Below, one piece after another: positions 37,480 to 47,620 of a stretch of 64,000 nucleotides of DNA (position 1 is its first letter; every line of letters starts with the position of its first letter). The DNA comes from Candidatus Woesearchaeota archaeon (lineage in GTDB: Archaea; Nanobdellota; Nanobdellia; Woesearchaeales; GW2011-AR9): NCBI GenBank assembly GCA_018696595.1, contig JABHQW010000001.1, positions 22,428 to 86,427 of the forward strand. The letters run 5' to 3'. The notes under the pieces were generated by a model. The model did not search any database, was not told the origin of the DNA, and was given only the letters and a program-made list of their open reading frames with translations. The translations under genes were made by a program, and so were the position numbers.

Positions 37480-39150
37480 TTAATCAACCCCCCTATTCTT
37501 CCTATGTGAAAAAATAAAGTATAAAAATAGTAATCCAGTAACACTTATTAATATTACGCTTAAAGGAAAACCAAACAAAGTGGTATGTCCCTCAATGTAT
37601 AATAAGAAAATAGAAGCTAAGAACAAAACTAAAAAAGCAAAACCCACACTTCTTTTGTGTTGTTGATCTACTAGTTCATGTTCAATTTCTTCTAACTTTT
37701 GAGTATCTAATTGTTGCGGTTTATCTTCTTGTTCTAATTTACGAATAATTCTTACAATATGATCTGGCAACTCTAATAATAAATCTTTATTTTTCCAAAA
37801 TGTATCTTTTACTTTATTAATAATCTTTCCAGCAGAATATTGTTCTTTAAGAAACTTATCTGTAAATATCTTGAACCCTTCTGCAACTTTAAAACTTGGA
37901 TCTAGTTGATAACCTAATCCTTCTGCTTGATAAACTGCTTTCGCCAACATCACATGATTCGCATCAAAAATAACTCCATATTTAGCACCTTCAGAAATAA
38001 TTTCATATAAAGCATGACCAAAACTAACTTCACCAATAGAATGAAAATAAACATCTTCCATAACCTGAATACATTTTTCTCTAAATTCTGAAATGTCATT
38101 CGTTTTTACTTCCCGTGCCAAAGAAAGAATAATGTTAAAACTTTTAATTGGATCTTTATCAGGAATAGTAGAAATAAATTTAACTACTTTTTTCATGTCT
38201 TGAGGCCTAACTTCGCCCATAATTCCAAAATCAATATAAATCATTCTCCCATTCTTTTTAACAAGAATATTTCCTGGATGCGGATCAGCATGGAAGAAAC
38301 CATAAAGTAAAGCTTGTTCTAGAACAGAATTAAAATAAGTGAGAGCTAAATTTCTACGATTAATATGTGCTTTCTTTAAGAATTTATAATCATCAATTCT
38401 CACTCCGGAAACAAAATCCATTATTAATACTTTTTTTGAGGACAAATCAGAATAAACTTTAGGAACATCAACTTTAGAATCAGTTTTTAACTCTTCTTTT
38501 AAACGAATAGCATTTCTTGCCTCAATCTCAAAATCAATTTCTCTTCTTGTCCAAAGAGCAAACTCTTTAACCACGTCTAGTGGCCGATAGTTCCTTAACT
38601 TTGGAAAATGTTTTTCTAATTCTTTAGCAATGAAGAATAAGATGTCTAAATCAGCATCAATAGTCTCTTTAATATTCGGACGCTGAACTTTTACCGCAAT
38701 TACTTTGCCGTTCTTTAGAACTGCTTTATGTACTTGAGCAATAGAAGCAGAAGCTATTGGTTTTTTGTCAAAACTTTTAAAGATTTTATCAATTGGTTTC
38801 TTTAATTCTTCTTCAACTATTTTTTTTGATCCTGAATAAGAGAAAGGTTGCACTTCATCTTGTAATTTTTCAAACTCTTTAGAAAATTCTTTAGGAACTA
38901 AATCTGGACGTAATGAAAGTAATTGTCCTAGTTTAACAAATGTTGGACCTAACCTTTCAAACGCTCTTCTTAACTTATACGCTTGTACTTCTTTATTATT
39001 AATGTGTTTGTGTACTAGAAAACGTTTCATGAACGGCAAATGTCTTTTGAACTTTGTTTTTGCTAAGTAATAACCTAGACCTTCTTCAAAAAAAACTAAG
39101 AGAATCTCCTTAAACCTACGAATATCTTTAATATCTTTTTTTAAGTTCAA
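37480..39150 (-). CDS. AarF/ABC1/UbiB-family atypical kinase with C-terminal TM helices
   Basis: LGPTFVKLGQ, ASASIAQVH, AVKVQRP, HADPHPGN, IDFGIMG. Confidence 0.93.
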   Translation of the reverse strand: MNLKKDIKDIRRFKEILLVFFEEGLGYYLAKTKFKRHLPFMKRFLVHKHINNKEVQAYKLRRAFERLGPTFVKLGQLLSLRPDLVPKEFSKEFEKLQDEVQPFSYSGSKKIVEEELKKPIDKIFKSFDKKPIASASIAQVHKAVLKNGKVIAVKVQRPNIKETIDADLDILFFIAKELEKHFPKLRNYRPLDVVKEFALWTRREIDFEIEARNAIRLKEELKTDSKVDVPKVYSDLSSKKVLIMDFVSGVRIDDYKFLKKAHINRRNLALTYFNSVLEQALLYGFFHADPHPGNILVKKNGRMIYIDFGIMGEVRPQDMKKVVKFISTIPDKDPIKSFNIILSLAREVKTNDISEFREKCIQVMEDVYFHSIGEVSFGHALYEIISEGAKYGVIFDANHVMLAKAVYQAEGLGYQLDPSFKVAEGFKIFTDKFLKEQYSAGKIINKVKDTFWKNKDLLLELPDHIVRIIRKLEQEDKPQQLDTQKLEEIEHELVDQQHKRSVGFAFLVLFLASIFLLYIEGHTTLFGFPLSVILISVTGLLFLYFIFSHRKNRGVD

Positions 39151-39220
39151 TTAAGTATACCTCTTTTTAACTAAATAAAGAATAATAAGTATATAAGCGT
39201 TTTGTTAATTGTAAAAGCCC

Positions 39221-39946
39221 TTATGATTCTTTATTCAGAAAGTAATCTAAAGAAGCACTATTAACATTCTTCATAGAAAATAAAACTCTAACACCAGTTT
39301 TTGCAGCTTCTGAATTGTAAAAATCTTTAACAACTTGATAAGCAGCAGAGTCAGAGAATTCAAAACGATCTCTTAATCCATCCCAACTAAAATGTGGCAT
39401 TTCACAACCAACAGATTTACCTTGATCGATAGCCAAAAAATGAAACAGTGGATCTAATTCAGCAGAGATTACAGAAACTATACCTTTTGTTCCTTCTTGT
39501 TGATTACGTTCTTCAACTTTTTCTTTTAATTCAAAAAGAAACTCAAGATAATCATGCGGATGAGGATTATTTCCTTCATAATGAGATAAAGCAACAGGAC
39601 CAAAAAGTAAACGATAAGCAAAATCAGGGTTTCTATCAAAAGAATCTTCAAGTGTTTTTTTTAACGAATCATTTTCTGAATAAACAAAACCACTAACTTG
39701 ACCATTTACATGAATAATTTCCTGTTCCGCAGTCCTAAATAACTGAGCAACAAATGGTTTGTATTCCACCATAGAAATATTTTTGATTAAAGATAATGAA
39801 TCAACTTTAAGATCTCTTAATTTTTCGTAGACTTCATACCATTTAGGAAAGTCTGCTTTTAAGAGAGGTTCAAATAACTCTTGAAGTTCTGCATTTTCAA
39901 ATAAAATAGATTGTAGCATTGTCATCTTAAGAATAAAATTCAACAA
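39221..39946 (-). CDS. Hypothetical protein
   Basis: 241 aa ORF; faint PLD/TrmB-like secondary-structure pattern. Confidence 0.55.
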   Translation of the reverse strand: MLNFILKMTMLQSILFENAELQELFEPLLKADFPKWYEVYEKLRDLKVDSLSLIKNISMVEYKPFVAQLFRTAEQEIIHVNGQVSGFVYSENDSLKKTLEDSFDRNPDFAYRLLFGPVALSHYEGNNPHPHDYLEFLFELKEKVEERNQQEGTKGIVSVISAELDPLFHFLAIDQGKSVGCEMPHFSWDGLRDRFEFSDSAAYQVVKDFYNSEAAKTGVRVLFSMKNVNSASLDYFLNKES

Positions 39947-39951
39947 ATAAC

Positions 39952-40140
39952 CTAACTTTCCATTCTTTTAAGTCTAGTCATGTAACCAGAAATAACATTC
40001 TTCATCTTCTTACTAGTAAGCTTAGTATACTTTGCAGTAGTTTCTTTGTTCTTAGAGAACTCTGTAGTAAACTTGTCCCCATGTAACTTTAATAGCTCTT
40101 TAGTTTTTCGCTTGATAAATGTAGTCTTAATTCTTCCCAT
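39952..40140 (-). CDS. rps17e: 30S ribosomal protein S17e
   Basis: MGRIKTTFIKR...FSKNK...KNVISGYMT. Confidence 0.95.
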   Translation of the reverse strand: MGRIKTTFIKRKTKELLKLHGDKFTTEFSKNKETTAKYTKLTSKKMKNVISGYMTRLKRMES

Positions 40141-40258
40141 TTTAAGTTCTATTATTCTATTTGTTTTATAAACTTTTCCTTTAATTTAATTAGAGAGATA
40201 CCACTCCCCAGTATACCTTTTAGTAACATTTATATATTAAGCTACCTTTCCTATTTAG

Positions 40259-40654
40259 ATGGTTATTCTCTTCGACCAATTCAATCTGCCAGAGGACATT
40301 TACAAGATCATCTTTGCTACAGAACAGCAGGAGATAGTTGGTAAGATGTTAATTAAGTATATGTGGGATAACGGCGGAGAGATTGGTAAAACTGAGATGA
40401 GTCTATTTGCCACTGCCTTACATGAAGGTAAAGCTGTTGTTAAAGAGAAAGGTAAATCGCCGATTGGAAAAGAAACTCGTCTTTCATATAATAAAAGACA
40501 ATTCTATGATCGAATTCTAACACCAATGCGCGGAATGGGTTTAATTGATTATGATTTGTATAAGAAGACTTACAAAGTTTCTGACAAGTTTAACAAGTTA
40601 ATGATTAAGATTGGTTTAACTTGGTTAAGAGAGTTAGATAAGCATAAGAAATAG
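40259..40654 (+). CDS. Hypothetical protein, probable winged-helix
   Basis: FYDRILTPMRGMGLIDYD recognition-helix/wing-like pattern. Confidence 0.6.
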   Translation: MVILFDQFNLPEDIYKIIFATEQQEIVGKMLIKYMWDNGGEIGKTEMSLFATALHEGKAVVKEKGKSPIGKETRLSYNKRQFYDRILTPMRGMGLIDYDLYKKTYKVSDKFNKLMIKIGLTWLRELDKHKK

Positions 40655-40745
40655 TTTTAAGTTCTAGATTTTTATTTCTGTTTAATATTAATTTAAGAAA
40701 ATGTTTAATTCTTGTTTATTAGAAAAAAGAAAAAAAAGAAAAAAA

Positions 40746-41462
40746 TTAATTAACGCCAAAAGTTTCATATGCGAATCCAGAAAATTCACAATTTTTAACG
40801 GTAGGGTTATTCCCATCAAAATTAATTCCTGTTCCAGAATTCATATTCCCAGTTATAGTATGTCCTTGACAATCAAAAACAACATCATCACCATTGATAT
40901 CTAAACAAACAGGAACCGGAAGTCCAGGTTGTGACGCAATATTAATCTGACAAGTGATATCTTCTCCAAGAACAATATTTTTCTCCCCAGTAATTACCAA
41001 CCCTGGATGTGAATCTGAGATCATACTATTATCCAAAACTAAAGGTCCTTCTTCAACTTGATAAATAGTACCTTCTAAAGCTTTATCATAACAAACATTG
41101 TAACAAACGCTGAATTCAGATTTCAATTGTTTATAACTAAACCACAAATTAGTAGCAACTCTTTTTCCTTTCATTAATTGTTGAACCTTTCGTAGCTCAT
41201 TTCTTATTGCAGAACAATCTTGTTTATAACAATCATAAAACTCAGATTTACAAGCAGAATCTAATTTACAAATTTTCTTTTCTGCAGTTGTTGCTTCTCC
41301 AGCTAAAGCACTATCTTCACTATCTTCAGGAACTGCTACTGCTTCTATTGCATCTAAGGCCGCTTCTGCTTCATCAACTTCTACTTCTTCAACTGCACAA
41401 CTTACTAAAAATATGGCCAATACCATTAGAGCAATAACCATCAACTTCATAACTTTTTTCAT
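40746..41462 (-). CDS. Secreted/lipoprotein with Cys-rich segment and short beta-helix-like C-terminus
   Basis: Lipobox-like FLVSC; CLDINGDDVVFDCQGHTI..VKNCEFSGF; GGTGA RBS. Confidence 0.6.
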   Translation of the reverse strand: MKKVMKLMVIALMVLAIFLVSCAVEEVEVDEAEAALDAIEAVAVPEDSEDSALAGEATTAEKKICKLDSACKSEFYDCYKQDCSAIRNELRKVQQLMKGKRVATNLWFSYKQLKSEFSVCYNVCYDKALEGTIYQVEEGPLVLDNSMISDSHPGLVITGEKNIVLGEDITCQINIASQPGLPVPVCLDINGDDVVFDCQGHTITGNMNSGTGINFDGNNPTVKNCEFSGFAYETFGVN

Positions 41463-41565
41463 TTCACATCACCTTTTTTATTTCTAATCAACTTGATTAT
41501 AGAGGAAGTAAGAAGTTGTCATTTATAAAACTTATTATATTAGAGAAGGGGAAAAAGAAAAAAAA

Positions 41566-42780
41566 TTAAAAAGTGTTTTCTTCAACTTTGTTTATTTCTG
41601 GAGGAGTATCTGTACTCTCAAAATTCAATCCAACTTTCAAAGCTTCTACCTTATCAGTTTTTTCCCAAGTAAAGTCTGGGTCGTCTCTTCCAAAGTGTCC
41701 GTAAGCAGCAGTCTTCTTGTAAATTGGTCTTCGTAAATTCAATTGGTCAATAATTGCTTTTGGTCTAAAATCAAAAGTATTCTCAACCAACTCAACAATC
41801 TTCTCTTCAGGAATTTTATTAGTTCCGAAAGTATTCACTAAAACAGAAACTGGTTTTGCAACACCGATTGCATAAGCAACTTGAACTTCACATTTATCAG
41901 CCAAACCAGCAGCAACAACATTCTTTGCCACATACCTAACGTAATAAGATGCACTTCGATCTACTTTACTAGGATCTTTCCCAGAGAAAGCTCCACCACC
42001 ATGACTACCATGGCCACCGTAAGTATCAACAATAATTTTTCTTCCAGTTACACCAGCATCACCAACAGGACCACCGATTACAAACTTTCCAGTTGGGTTA
42101 ACAAAGTAGTTTGTATTGTCATCAATCCAATCAGCACAAATTGGTTTAATGATTTTTTCAATCATGTCTCTATGGATAGTTTCCAAATCCACATCAGGGT
42201 GATGTTGAGTAGAAATAACAACAGTTTCAACTCTTTTAGGTTTACCATCCTCATACTCTACTGTAACTTGTGATTTCCCATCTGGACGTAAATACCAAAC
42301 TTCTCCTCTTTTACGAGCAGAAGCTAATCTTTGACATAATTTATGAGCAAGAACAATTGGTAAAGGCATATATTCAGCAGTTTCATTTGATGCATAACCA
42401 AACATTAAACCTTGATCTCCTGCTCCTTGTTCGTCATATAATCCTTCTCCCTCAGAAACTCCTTGAGAGATATCTGGGGATTGTTCTGATAATGCTGCCA
42501 ATACACCACAAGTAGAACCTTCAAAACCAAATTCTGGTTTATCATAACCAATTTCTAGAACAGTATCTCTAACAATTTTCTGTACATCAATATAAGTTGT
42601 AGTAGTAACTTCTCCAGCCACAACAACGAATCCTGTTTTTGTTAAACATTCTACTGCAACCCTTGCATTAGGATCGTCGGTATAAATTGCATCTAAGACT
42701 GCGTCCGAGATCTGGTCACACATTTTATCAGGGTGACCTTCAGTAACACTTTCACTTGTAAAAAAATATTTATTTGCCAT
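41566..42780 (-). CDS. metK: S-adenosylmethionine synthetase, bacterial/eukaryotic type
   Basis: [25 protein letters not shown]. Confidence 0.97.
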   Translation of the reverse strand: MANKYFFTSESVTEGHPDKMCDQISDAVLDAIYTDDPNARVAVECLTKTGFVVVAGEVTTTTYIDVQKIVRDTVLEIGYDKPEFGFEGSTCGVLAALSEQSPDISQGVSEGEGLYDEQGAGDQGLMFGYASNETAEYMPLPIVLAHKLCQRLASARKRGEVWYLRPDGKSQVTVEYEDGKPKRVETVVISTQHHPDVDLETIHRDMIEKIIKPICADWIDDNTNYFVNPTGKFVIGGPVGDAGVTGRKIIVDTYGGHGSHGGGAFSGKDPSKVDRSASYYVRYVAKNVVAAGLADKCEVQVAYAIGVAKPVSVLVNTFGTNKIPEEKIVELVENTFDFRPKAIIDQLNLRRPIYKKTAAYGHFGRDDPDFTWEKTDKVEALKVGLNFESTDTPPEINKVEENTF

Positions 42781-42797
42781 TTTATTTTATTCCTCCT

Positions 42798-43202
42798 TTA
42801 AAAAAATCCTCGTTTATAATTGGGATTATCTTCCCCTTCATCACGAGGGGCATTTGCAACTATTCTACTTATTAAATCATGATCAGGATTATTTCGTGGC
42901 ACACTTTGTAAAATCACTTTACTTCTCCAATCATTAAGTTCTACTTCTGGCATTCTTCCTTTAACATAAGCTAACGCTTTTCCATACTGATTATTTTCAT
43001 CAAAAACATTAACCCCTGCTTCTCTTGCTGCAGTACAAACTGCTAAACCTAAAGTAAAATATAATGAATCTATTTGTGGACGATCATCAGTCATCACGTA
43101 TTTCCTAGCTAAAGTTTCAAATTTTCTGTCTTCAATTGCATTCGCCACTTCACCATAAAGATTCAGCATTTCATCGGTTCTCTTCAAGTTTTCTGCAACC
43201 AT
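42798..43202 (-). CDS. Hypothetical protein
   Basis: 134 aa ORF with GGAGG RBS. Confidence 0.65.
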   Translation of the reverse strand: MVAENLKRTDEMLNLYGEVANAIEDRKFETLARKYVMTDDRPQIDSLYFTLGLAVCTAAREAGVNVFDENNQYGKALAYVKGRMPEVELNDWRSKVILQSVPRNNPDHDLISRIVANAPRDEGEDNPNYKRGFF

Positions 43203-43264
43203 AATTAATTACCTCCAATTTAATCATAAAACAACCCAAATAATATATAAATACTCTTGACAAC

Positions 43265-43284
43265 AATATTCCAATAGGAATATT
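43265..43284. promoter_or_regulatory. Palindromic putative operator overlapping the TATA region of the HTH-CBS gene
   Basis: AATATTCC-AATA-GGAATATT running into TTTATAAA. Confidence 0.45.
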
Positions 43285-43312
43285 TATAAAGAAATAGTAT
43301 TCTTGAGCATAT

Positions 43313-43864
43313 ATGTTAGAAGACTTAAATGAAATTAAAAGAATTAGAAAGAAGCACGGACTTAACCAGAAAGAACTAGCTGAGAAAGCAGATGTTTCTC
43401 AGTCGCTAATTGCTAAAATTGAATCTGGAAAGATTGAACCTTCATTTTCAAATGCAAAGAAAATATTCCAGGCATTGGAAGAATTAAGAGAAAAAGAAGA
43501 ACTAAAAGCTAAAAATCTGATGAATAAGAAGATTGTCTTTGCAAAAGCTAATGATAAAGTTAAAGACATAATCCAAGTAATGAAGAAGAAAAGCATTTCT
43601 CAAATTCCGGTAATGAATAAAAATAATATTTGTGGATTATTAACTGAAGGATTAATCTTAAGAAAGATTGCTGCAAACCCAGAAGCAATCAATCAATTAA
43701 CAGTGGAAGAGATTATGGAAGATGCCCCACCAATAGTTTCAATAAGAACAGGATTAAAAGTAATTTTAGAATTGTTAAAAGATAACTTAATTGTCCTAGT
43801 TGCCAAGAAAGGAGATATCAAGGGAATAATCTCTAAAAGTGATTTATTGGGCAAGATAGAATAA
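43313..43864 (+). CDS. Xre-HTH plus CBS-pair transcriptional regulator
   Basis: LNQKELAEKADVSQSLIAKIESGKIEPS; two CBS domains. Confidence 0.92.
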   Translation: MLEDLNEIKRIRKKHGLNQKELAEKADVSQSLIAKIESGKIEPSFSNAKKIFQALEELREKEELKAKNLMNKKIVFAKANDKVKDIIQVMKKKSISQIPVMNKNNICGLLTEGLILRKIAANPEAINQLTVEEIMEDAPPIVSIRTGLKVILELLKDNLIVLVAKKGDIKGIISKSDLLGKIE

Positions 43865-43868
43865 ATAA

Positions 43869-44747
43869 TTAATTTTTAATTGCTTGAAATGCTAGAATGT
43901 CTTCTGTACTTAACTTTTGTCTTTTCTTCATCTTTTCCTTTACTTCATCGGTTCTTTCTCGAGCTTTACTTTTGTAATCACGTTCATCTTCTTCATTAAG
44001 TGATTTAGCTAATTCTTTAACTCTCTTCTGAATTTCTTCGACTTCTCTACGGGTATTTTCATAACCTACTTTTAATTTCAGATGTTTCTCTACAAAAGGT
44101 TGTTCCTCTTTCTTAAAGGATTTAACTTCTTCAAATAACTTGTTAATTTCTTCATGCTTTCCTTGAGACTGTCCAGCAAATTCTTGAACTTTTTTATGAG
44201 CCTCTTCTGCTTTCTTTCTACTTTCTGAAAAGTCAGAGGAGGTAGAACTAATTTCTTTCCAAGCATCTCCAAGTGCATCCAGTTTCTTAAGTTGTGATTT
44301 TAACTCTTTGATTTTCTTGTTAAGTTGTTTTTCTGTAGAAAAAGGAATAACTTCAGTTTCAATTTTAGTTTCTAATTGCAAAATCTCTCTTTTGATACTA
44401 GAAGGATTTCCTTGAATATCTGTTTTAGAAAATAATTCTTGTTTCTTTTTGTCAACTTCTCTTTTTTGACCAGACTTTTCTTTAACAATCTTGTTAAATT
44501 CGTCCCTTTCTTTCTTAAACTTCTTAACTTGTTTTGTTAAACCATCTCGTTCTTTCTTAAAAACTTTGATCTTATCTTGACGATCACGAATTTTATCACG
44601 TACAGATTTTAATTCACGGTACGCTTTTTCTTTTTCAGAATTTTGAGAATTTAAAGTGGACCTTAATTTAGATAACTCTTTCTTCTTGTCTTGAAATTCC
44701 TTTCTAAGCTCATTTAAATTTTGTCCTTCTTCGGGCATGATTATCAC
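43869..44747 (-). CDS. Archaeal coiled-coil protein (COG1340-like)
   Basis: All-helical charged protein ending in KLSTEDILAFQ. Confidence 0.7.
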   Translation of the reverse strand: MIIMPEEGQNLNELRKEFQDKKKELSKLRSTLNSQNSEKEKAYRELKSVRDKIRDRQDKIKVFKKERDGLTKQVKKFKKERDEFNKIVKEKSGQKREVDKKKQELFSKTDIQGNPSSIKREILQLETKIETEVIPFSTEKQLNKKIKELKSQLKKLDALGDAWKEISSTSSDFSESRKKAEEAHKKVQEFAGQSQGKHEEINKLFEEVKSFKKEEQPFVEKHLKLKVGYENTRREVEEIQKRVKELAKSLNEEDERDYKSKARERTDEVKEKMKKRQKLSTEDILAFQAIKN

Positions 44748-44800
44748 TTGTCGTTGATTTAATTAAAAAATAAAAAATAAAAAACCGAATAAAAATTAAT

Positions 44801-45130
44801 TTATCCGAATAATGCGCCTAAACCTGCAGCTGCTGAATCATCAGCTTTCTTTTCATCTTCTGCGGATTTTTTGTCATCTTTCTTTTCTTCTTTTGGTGCT
44901 TCTTCACTAGCCACAGGAGCGGCAGCAACAGGTGCAGCAACAGAAGCTTTCTTAATTGCTTCTTCAATATCTACTCCCTGTAAGGCAGCAGCTAAAGCTT
45001 TAACTCTTGCTTCATCAACAGTAACACCAGCAGCAGTTAAAACTGCTTTAACAGCGTCCTCTGTAATTTCTTTTCCTGCTTTGTGTAAAAGCATCGCAGC
45101 GTAAACATATTCCATTTTATTTTCCTCCAT
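44801..45130 (-). CDS. rpl12: 50S ribosomal protein L12 (aP1)
   Basis: [11 protein letters not shown]...[10 protein letters not shown]. Confidence 0.96.
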   Translation of the reverse strand: MEENKMEYVYAAMLLHKAGKEITEDAVKAVLTAAGVTVDEARVKALAAALQGVDIEEAIKKASVAAPVAAAPVASEEAPKEEKKDDKKSAEDEKKADDSAAAGLGALFG

Positions 45131-45139
45131 TAATAATTA

Positions 45140-46330
45140 TTAATCGTCTTTTCTCAAAGTTCCTTCTTTTTGAAGTTTCTCTAAAAGTTCTTGAGCTTGA
45201 TCAGTGGAAACATCTCCTTGTTTTGGATGTAATTCAGATTTTTCTTCTTCCTGTTTAGGTTGATTAATCTCAATCTTTTCATCCGGAATGTTTTCCATTG
45301 CTTTTTTGATTTCTTCTTCAGTTGGCTTTTCCTCAGCTTTAGGTTCCTCTGCAGGTGCAACTTCTTCCTTAGGAGCTTCTTCAACTTTCTCTTCTTCCTT
45401 AGGTTCCTCTACTGGAGCAGGTTCTTCCTTAGGAGTGTCTTCAACTTTCTCTTCTTCTTTAGGTTCTGCTTTAACAGGAGCAACACCAACTTCGATTTTA
45501 CCTTCAGATTTAACAGACAAAGCTTGTGATTCTGCTTTAGCTAAGATTTCATCTTTAGTAACATCATTCATGATGTTCTGTTCTAAAGCAACAGCTTTTG
45601 CTTCTCTGAAAGCTTTCTGTAATAATAAGTCAGTAGTTTCTTTAGTAGGGAATGCTGTTTCCATAGCTAAGTTAGTTGCCCACTGAGCTGCTTGAACAAA
45701 GTTTTCAAAGTATTCTTGTTCATCGATATGTAATTGCTTAGCAGCAAAGATTGTACCGTTTTCCCAAACAGCAACTAAATCCAGACCAACTTCCATTGGT
45801 TGAATATCTAATCGCTTCAAGTTCTCAGCTAATTTAGGGGTTATTGGGTCGCCTTCTTTAGCAACAACAACATCGCCAACAATTTCTAATTTTCCGTCTG
45901 TAACTTTGGTTTTAATACCAACAGCACCCAATTCAGAAATAATTGGCCCAGGAGCGAAACTAGTCATTCCAGCCTTAACAACAATATCGTTTGGAGCAGT
46001 TTGTCCAGCTTTTGCAGGAGCTTTAGATTTATTCTTCTGAATCATTCCATATAAAGTAAAAGGATTATCTTTACTAAGGATTAATGCTGGCATACCTTTG
46101 ATTTTATCTTCCAGTTGTGCAACATTATCTAATTTGGATTCTTTTAATGCTAAAGAGATCAGTTTCTTTCTAGTCATAACTATTTTAACACCTTTTTCTC
46201 TCAACATCGCTCGCATATTCTGTAACTGTTGAGCAGGCAAGTTTTCCATATTTACTAGACCAACGATTGGATTAGATTGAATATCTTTAACTAAATCCTT
46301 AACCAAACTCTTTTTCTTTTCGCTAACCAT
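45140..46330 (-). CDS. rpl10: 50S ribosomal protein L10 (aP0) with extended acidic tail
   Basis: KAPAKAGQTAPNDIVV, SFAPGPIISEL; long E/K/P tail. Confidence 0.95.
   Translation of the reverse strand: MVSEKKKSLVKDLVKDIQSNPIVGLVNMENLPAQQLQNMRAMLREKGVKIVMTRKKLISLALKESKLDNVAQLEDKIKGMPALILSKDNPFTLYGMIQKNKSKAPAKAGQTAPNDIVVKAGMTSFAPGPIISELGAVGIKTKVTDGKLEIVGDVVVAKEGDPITPKLAENLKRLDIQPMEVGLDLVAVWENGTIFAAKQLHIDEQEYFENFVQAAQWATNLAMETAFPTKETTDLLLQKAFREAKAVALEQNIMNDVTKDEILAKAESQALSVKSEGKIEVGVAPVKAEPKEEEKVEDTPKEEPAPVEEPKEEEKVEEAPKEEVAPAEEPKAEEKPTEEEIKKAMENIPDEKIEINQPKQEEEKSELHPKQGDVSTDQAQELLEKLQKEGTLRKDD
45339..45467. repeat. 60-nt (20 aa) tandem repeat in the rpl10 tail
   Basis: EEEKVEDTPKEEPAPVEEPK / EEEKVEEAPKEEVAPAEEPK; TTAGGTTC recurs at 45339, 45399, 45459. 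Confidence 0.85.
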
Positions 46331-46971
46331 TATATCTTCACCGCCTTAGTCATTGTAAACTTTAACAGTACGTTTTTGATATTCTGCATTTCGTTAGGAA
46401 CTTGTTTCAAAACAGCTTGATATACAGTTAGAATATTATCAATAATTTCTTCTTCCTTCTGATCTTCCTTACCAATAATACATTGTAAATTAGTTGCTTT
46501 CTTAGCTGTTAACTTAACAGACTTGTTTAGTTTTTGTATTAATGGTTCCAAGTTAGCGTTAGGAGGAACTACACATCCCAATTTAGGGTTAGGCATCTTT
46601 CCTTTTGGACCAAAAGTTCGACCGAAAGCGGCTGCCACTTTTGCCATTAAAGGTGCTTGTGCAATAAAATAATCATAAGTTTCTGCTAACTTTTTCATTT
46701 CCTTTTTATCTTTATACTTAGGAAAATCTTTTTCTTCGATAACTAAATCACAGAATTTTTCAGCTTGTTCTTTCAACATTTGATCCACAAATGCTGCAAC
46801 TTTAATTTTCTTACCTTTAGGAAAGTGTAGAGTTGCGAAGAAATCAACTGGATTCTGTTTAGTATCCAGATTCTTTAAGTTGATAATTAAGTCATAAGAT
46901 TGAGAGAAATTTCTTTTCTTACTTTGCTTCTTAAGTTCGGTTATAGCTTTTTTAACTTGATCTTTATCCAT
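46330..46971 (-). CDS. rpl1: 50S ribosomal protein L1
   Basis: RNFSQSYDLIINLK, FGPKGKMP. Confidence 0.96.
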   Translation of the reverse strand: MDKDQVKKAITELKKQSKKRNFSQSYDLIINLKNLDTKQNPVDFFATLHFPKGKKIKVAAFVDQMLKEQAEKFCDLVIEEKDFPKYKDKKEMKKLAETYDYFIAQAPLMAKVAAAFGRTFGPKGKMPNPKLGCVVPPNANLEPLIQKLNKSVKLTAKKATNLQCIIGKEDQKEEEIIDNILTVYQAVLKQVPNEMQNIKNVLLKFTMTKAVKI

Positions 46972-47041
46972 TTAATGACCTCCTACTAAACGTAGTTTTA
47001 ACGGTAATTACTCTATTTTCAATGGTAGTTTATAAAGTTTA

Positions 47042-47197
47042 CTATTGTTTTGGATTTTTAGTATAATCAACTTGTGAAGATCTTAACTGGGCTGGATCTG
47101 TATTAAGAATTTCATAACCTTTTGTTATTCCTTCTTCCATCTCTCTAATTGCATCAGCACTAGTATAAACATTCATTGCTTTTAACATTTCATACAT
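47042..47197 (-). CDS. Small hypothetical protein (51 aa, not in ORF track)
   Basis: Manual translation MYEMLKAMNVYTSADAIREMEEGITKGYEILNTDPAQLRSSQVDYTKNPKQ; GGAGG RBS 7 nt upstream. Confidence 0.55.
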   Translation of the reverse strand: MYEMLKAMNVYTSADAIREMEEGITKGYEILNTDPAQLRSSQVDYTKNPKQ

Positions 47198-47260
47198 TTT
47201 TATGCCTCCAAAGAAAAAATAGTTTTAAGTGATGATATAAAAGCTTTTTGCAAGAATAAA

Positions 47261-47620
47261 TTATTTCCTAACTACTTTAGGTTTAAACCACTGTTCTTGG
47301 AATTCTGTTAATGCTAAAATTTGTTCATCAGAGTAATCTTTATCTTTAGGAACAACAATTAATTTTGCATCATCGTCATCATCACGAAAGATTATAGCTA
47401 TACATTTACCAGTAAATTTTTCCACTGGTTCAAATATTCCTAAAACATAAGCATCTAAATCATCCCCATCAGGAGCAGTGATCCCTTCAATAAAACCATA
47501 ATTCACAGGATAAATAAAACCACACTTAGGATGTTTACTTCCTAAAGGCCTGTCCATTGTAACTTCTACAATTGTGCCAATAAGTTTTTTGATTTCCCGA
47601 TAAGAAATATTTTCACTCAT
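47261..47620 (-). CDS. ppa: Short family I inorganic pyrophosphatase
   Basis: YPVNYGFI, DGDDLDAYVL, DDAKLI. Confidence 0.85.
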   Translation of the reverse strand: MSENISYREIKKLIGTIVEVTMDRPLGSKHPKCGFIYPVNYGFIEGITAPDGDDLDAYVLGIFEPVEKFTGKCIAIIFRDDDDDAKLIVVPKDKDYSDEQILALTEFQEQWFKPKVVRK

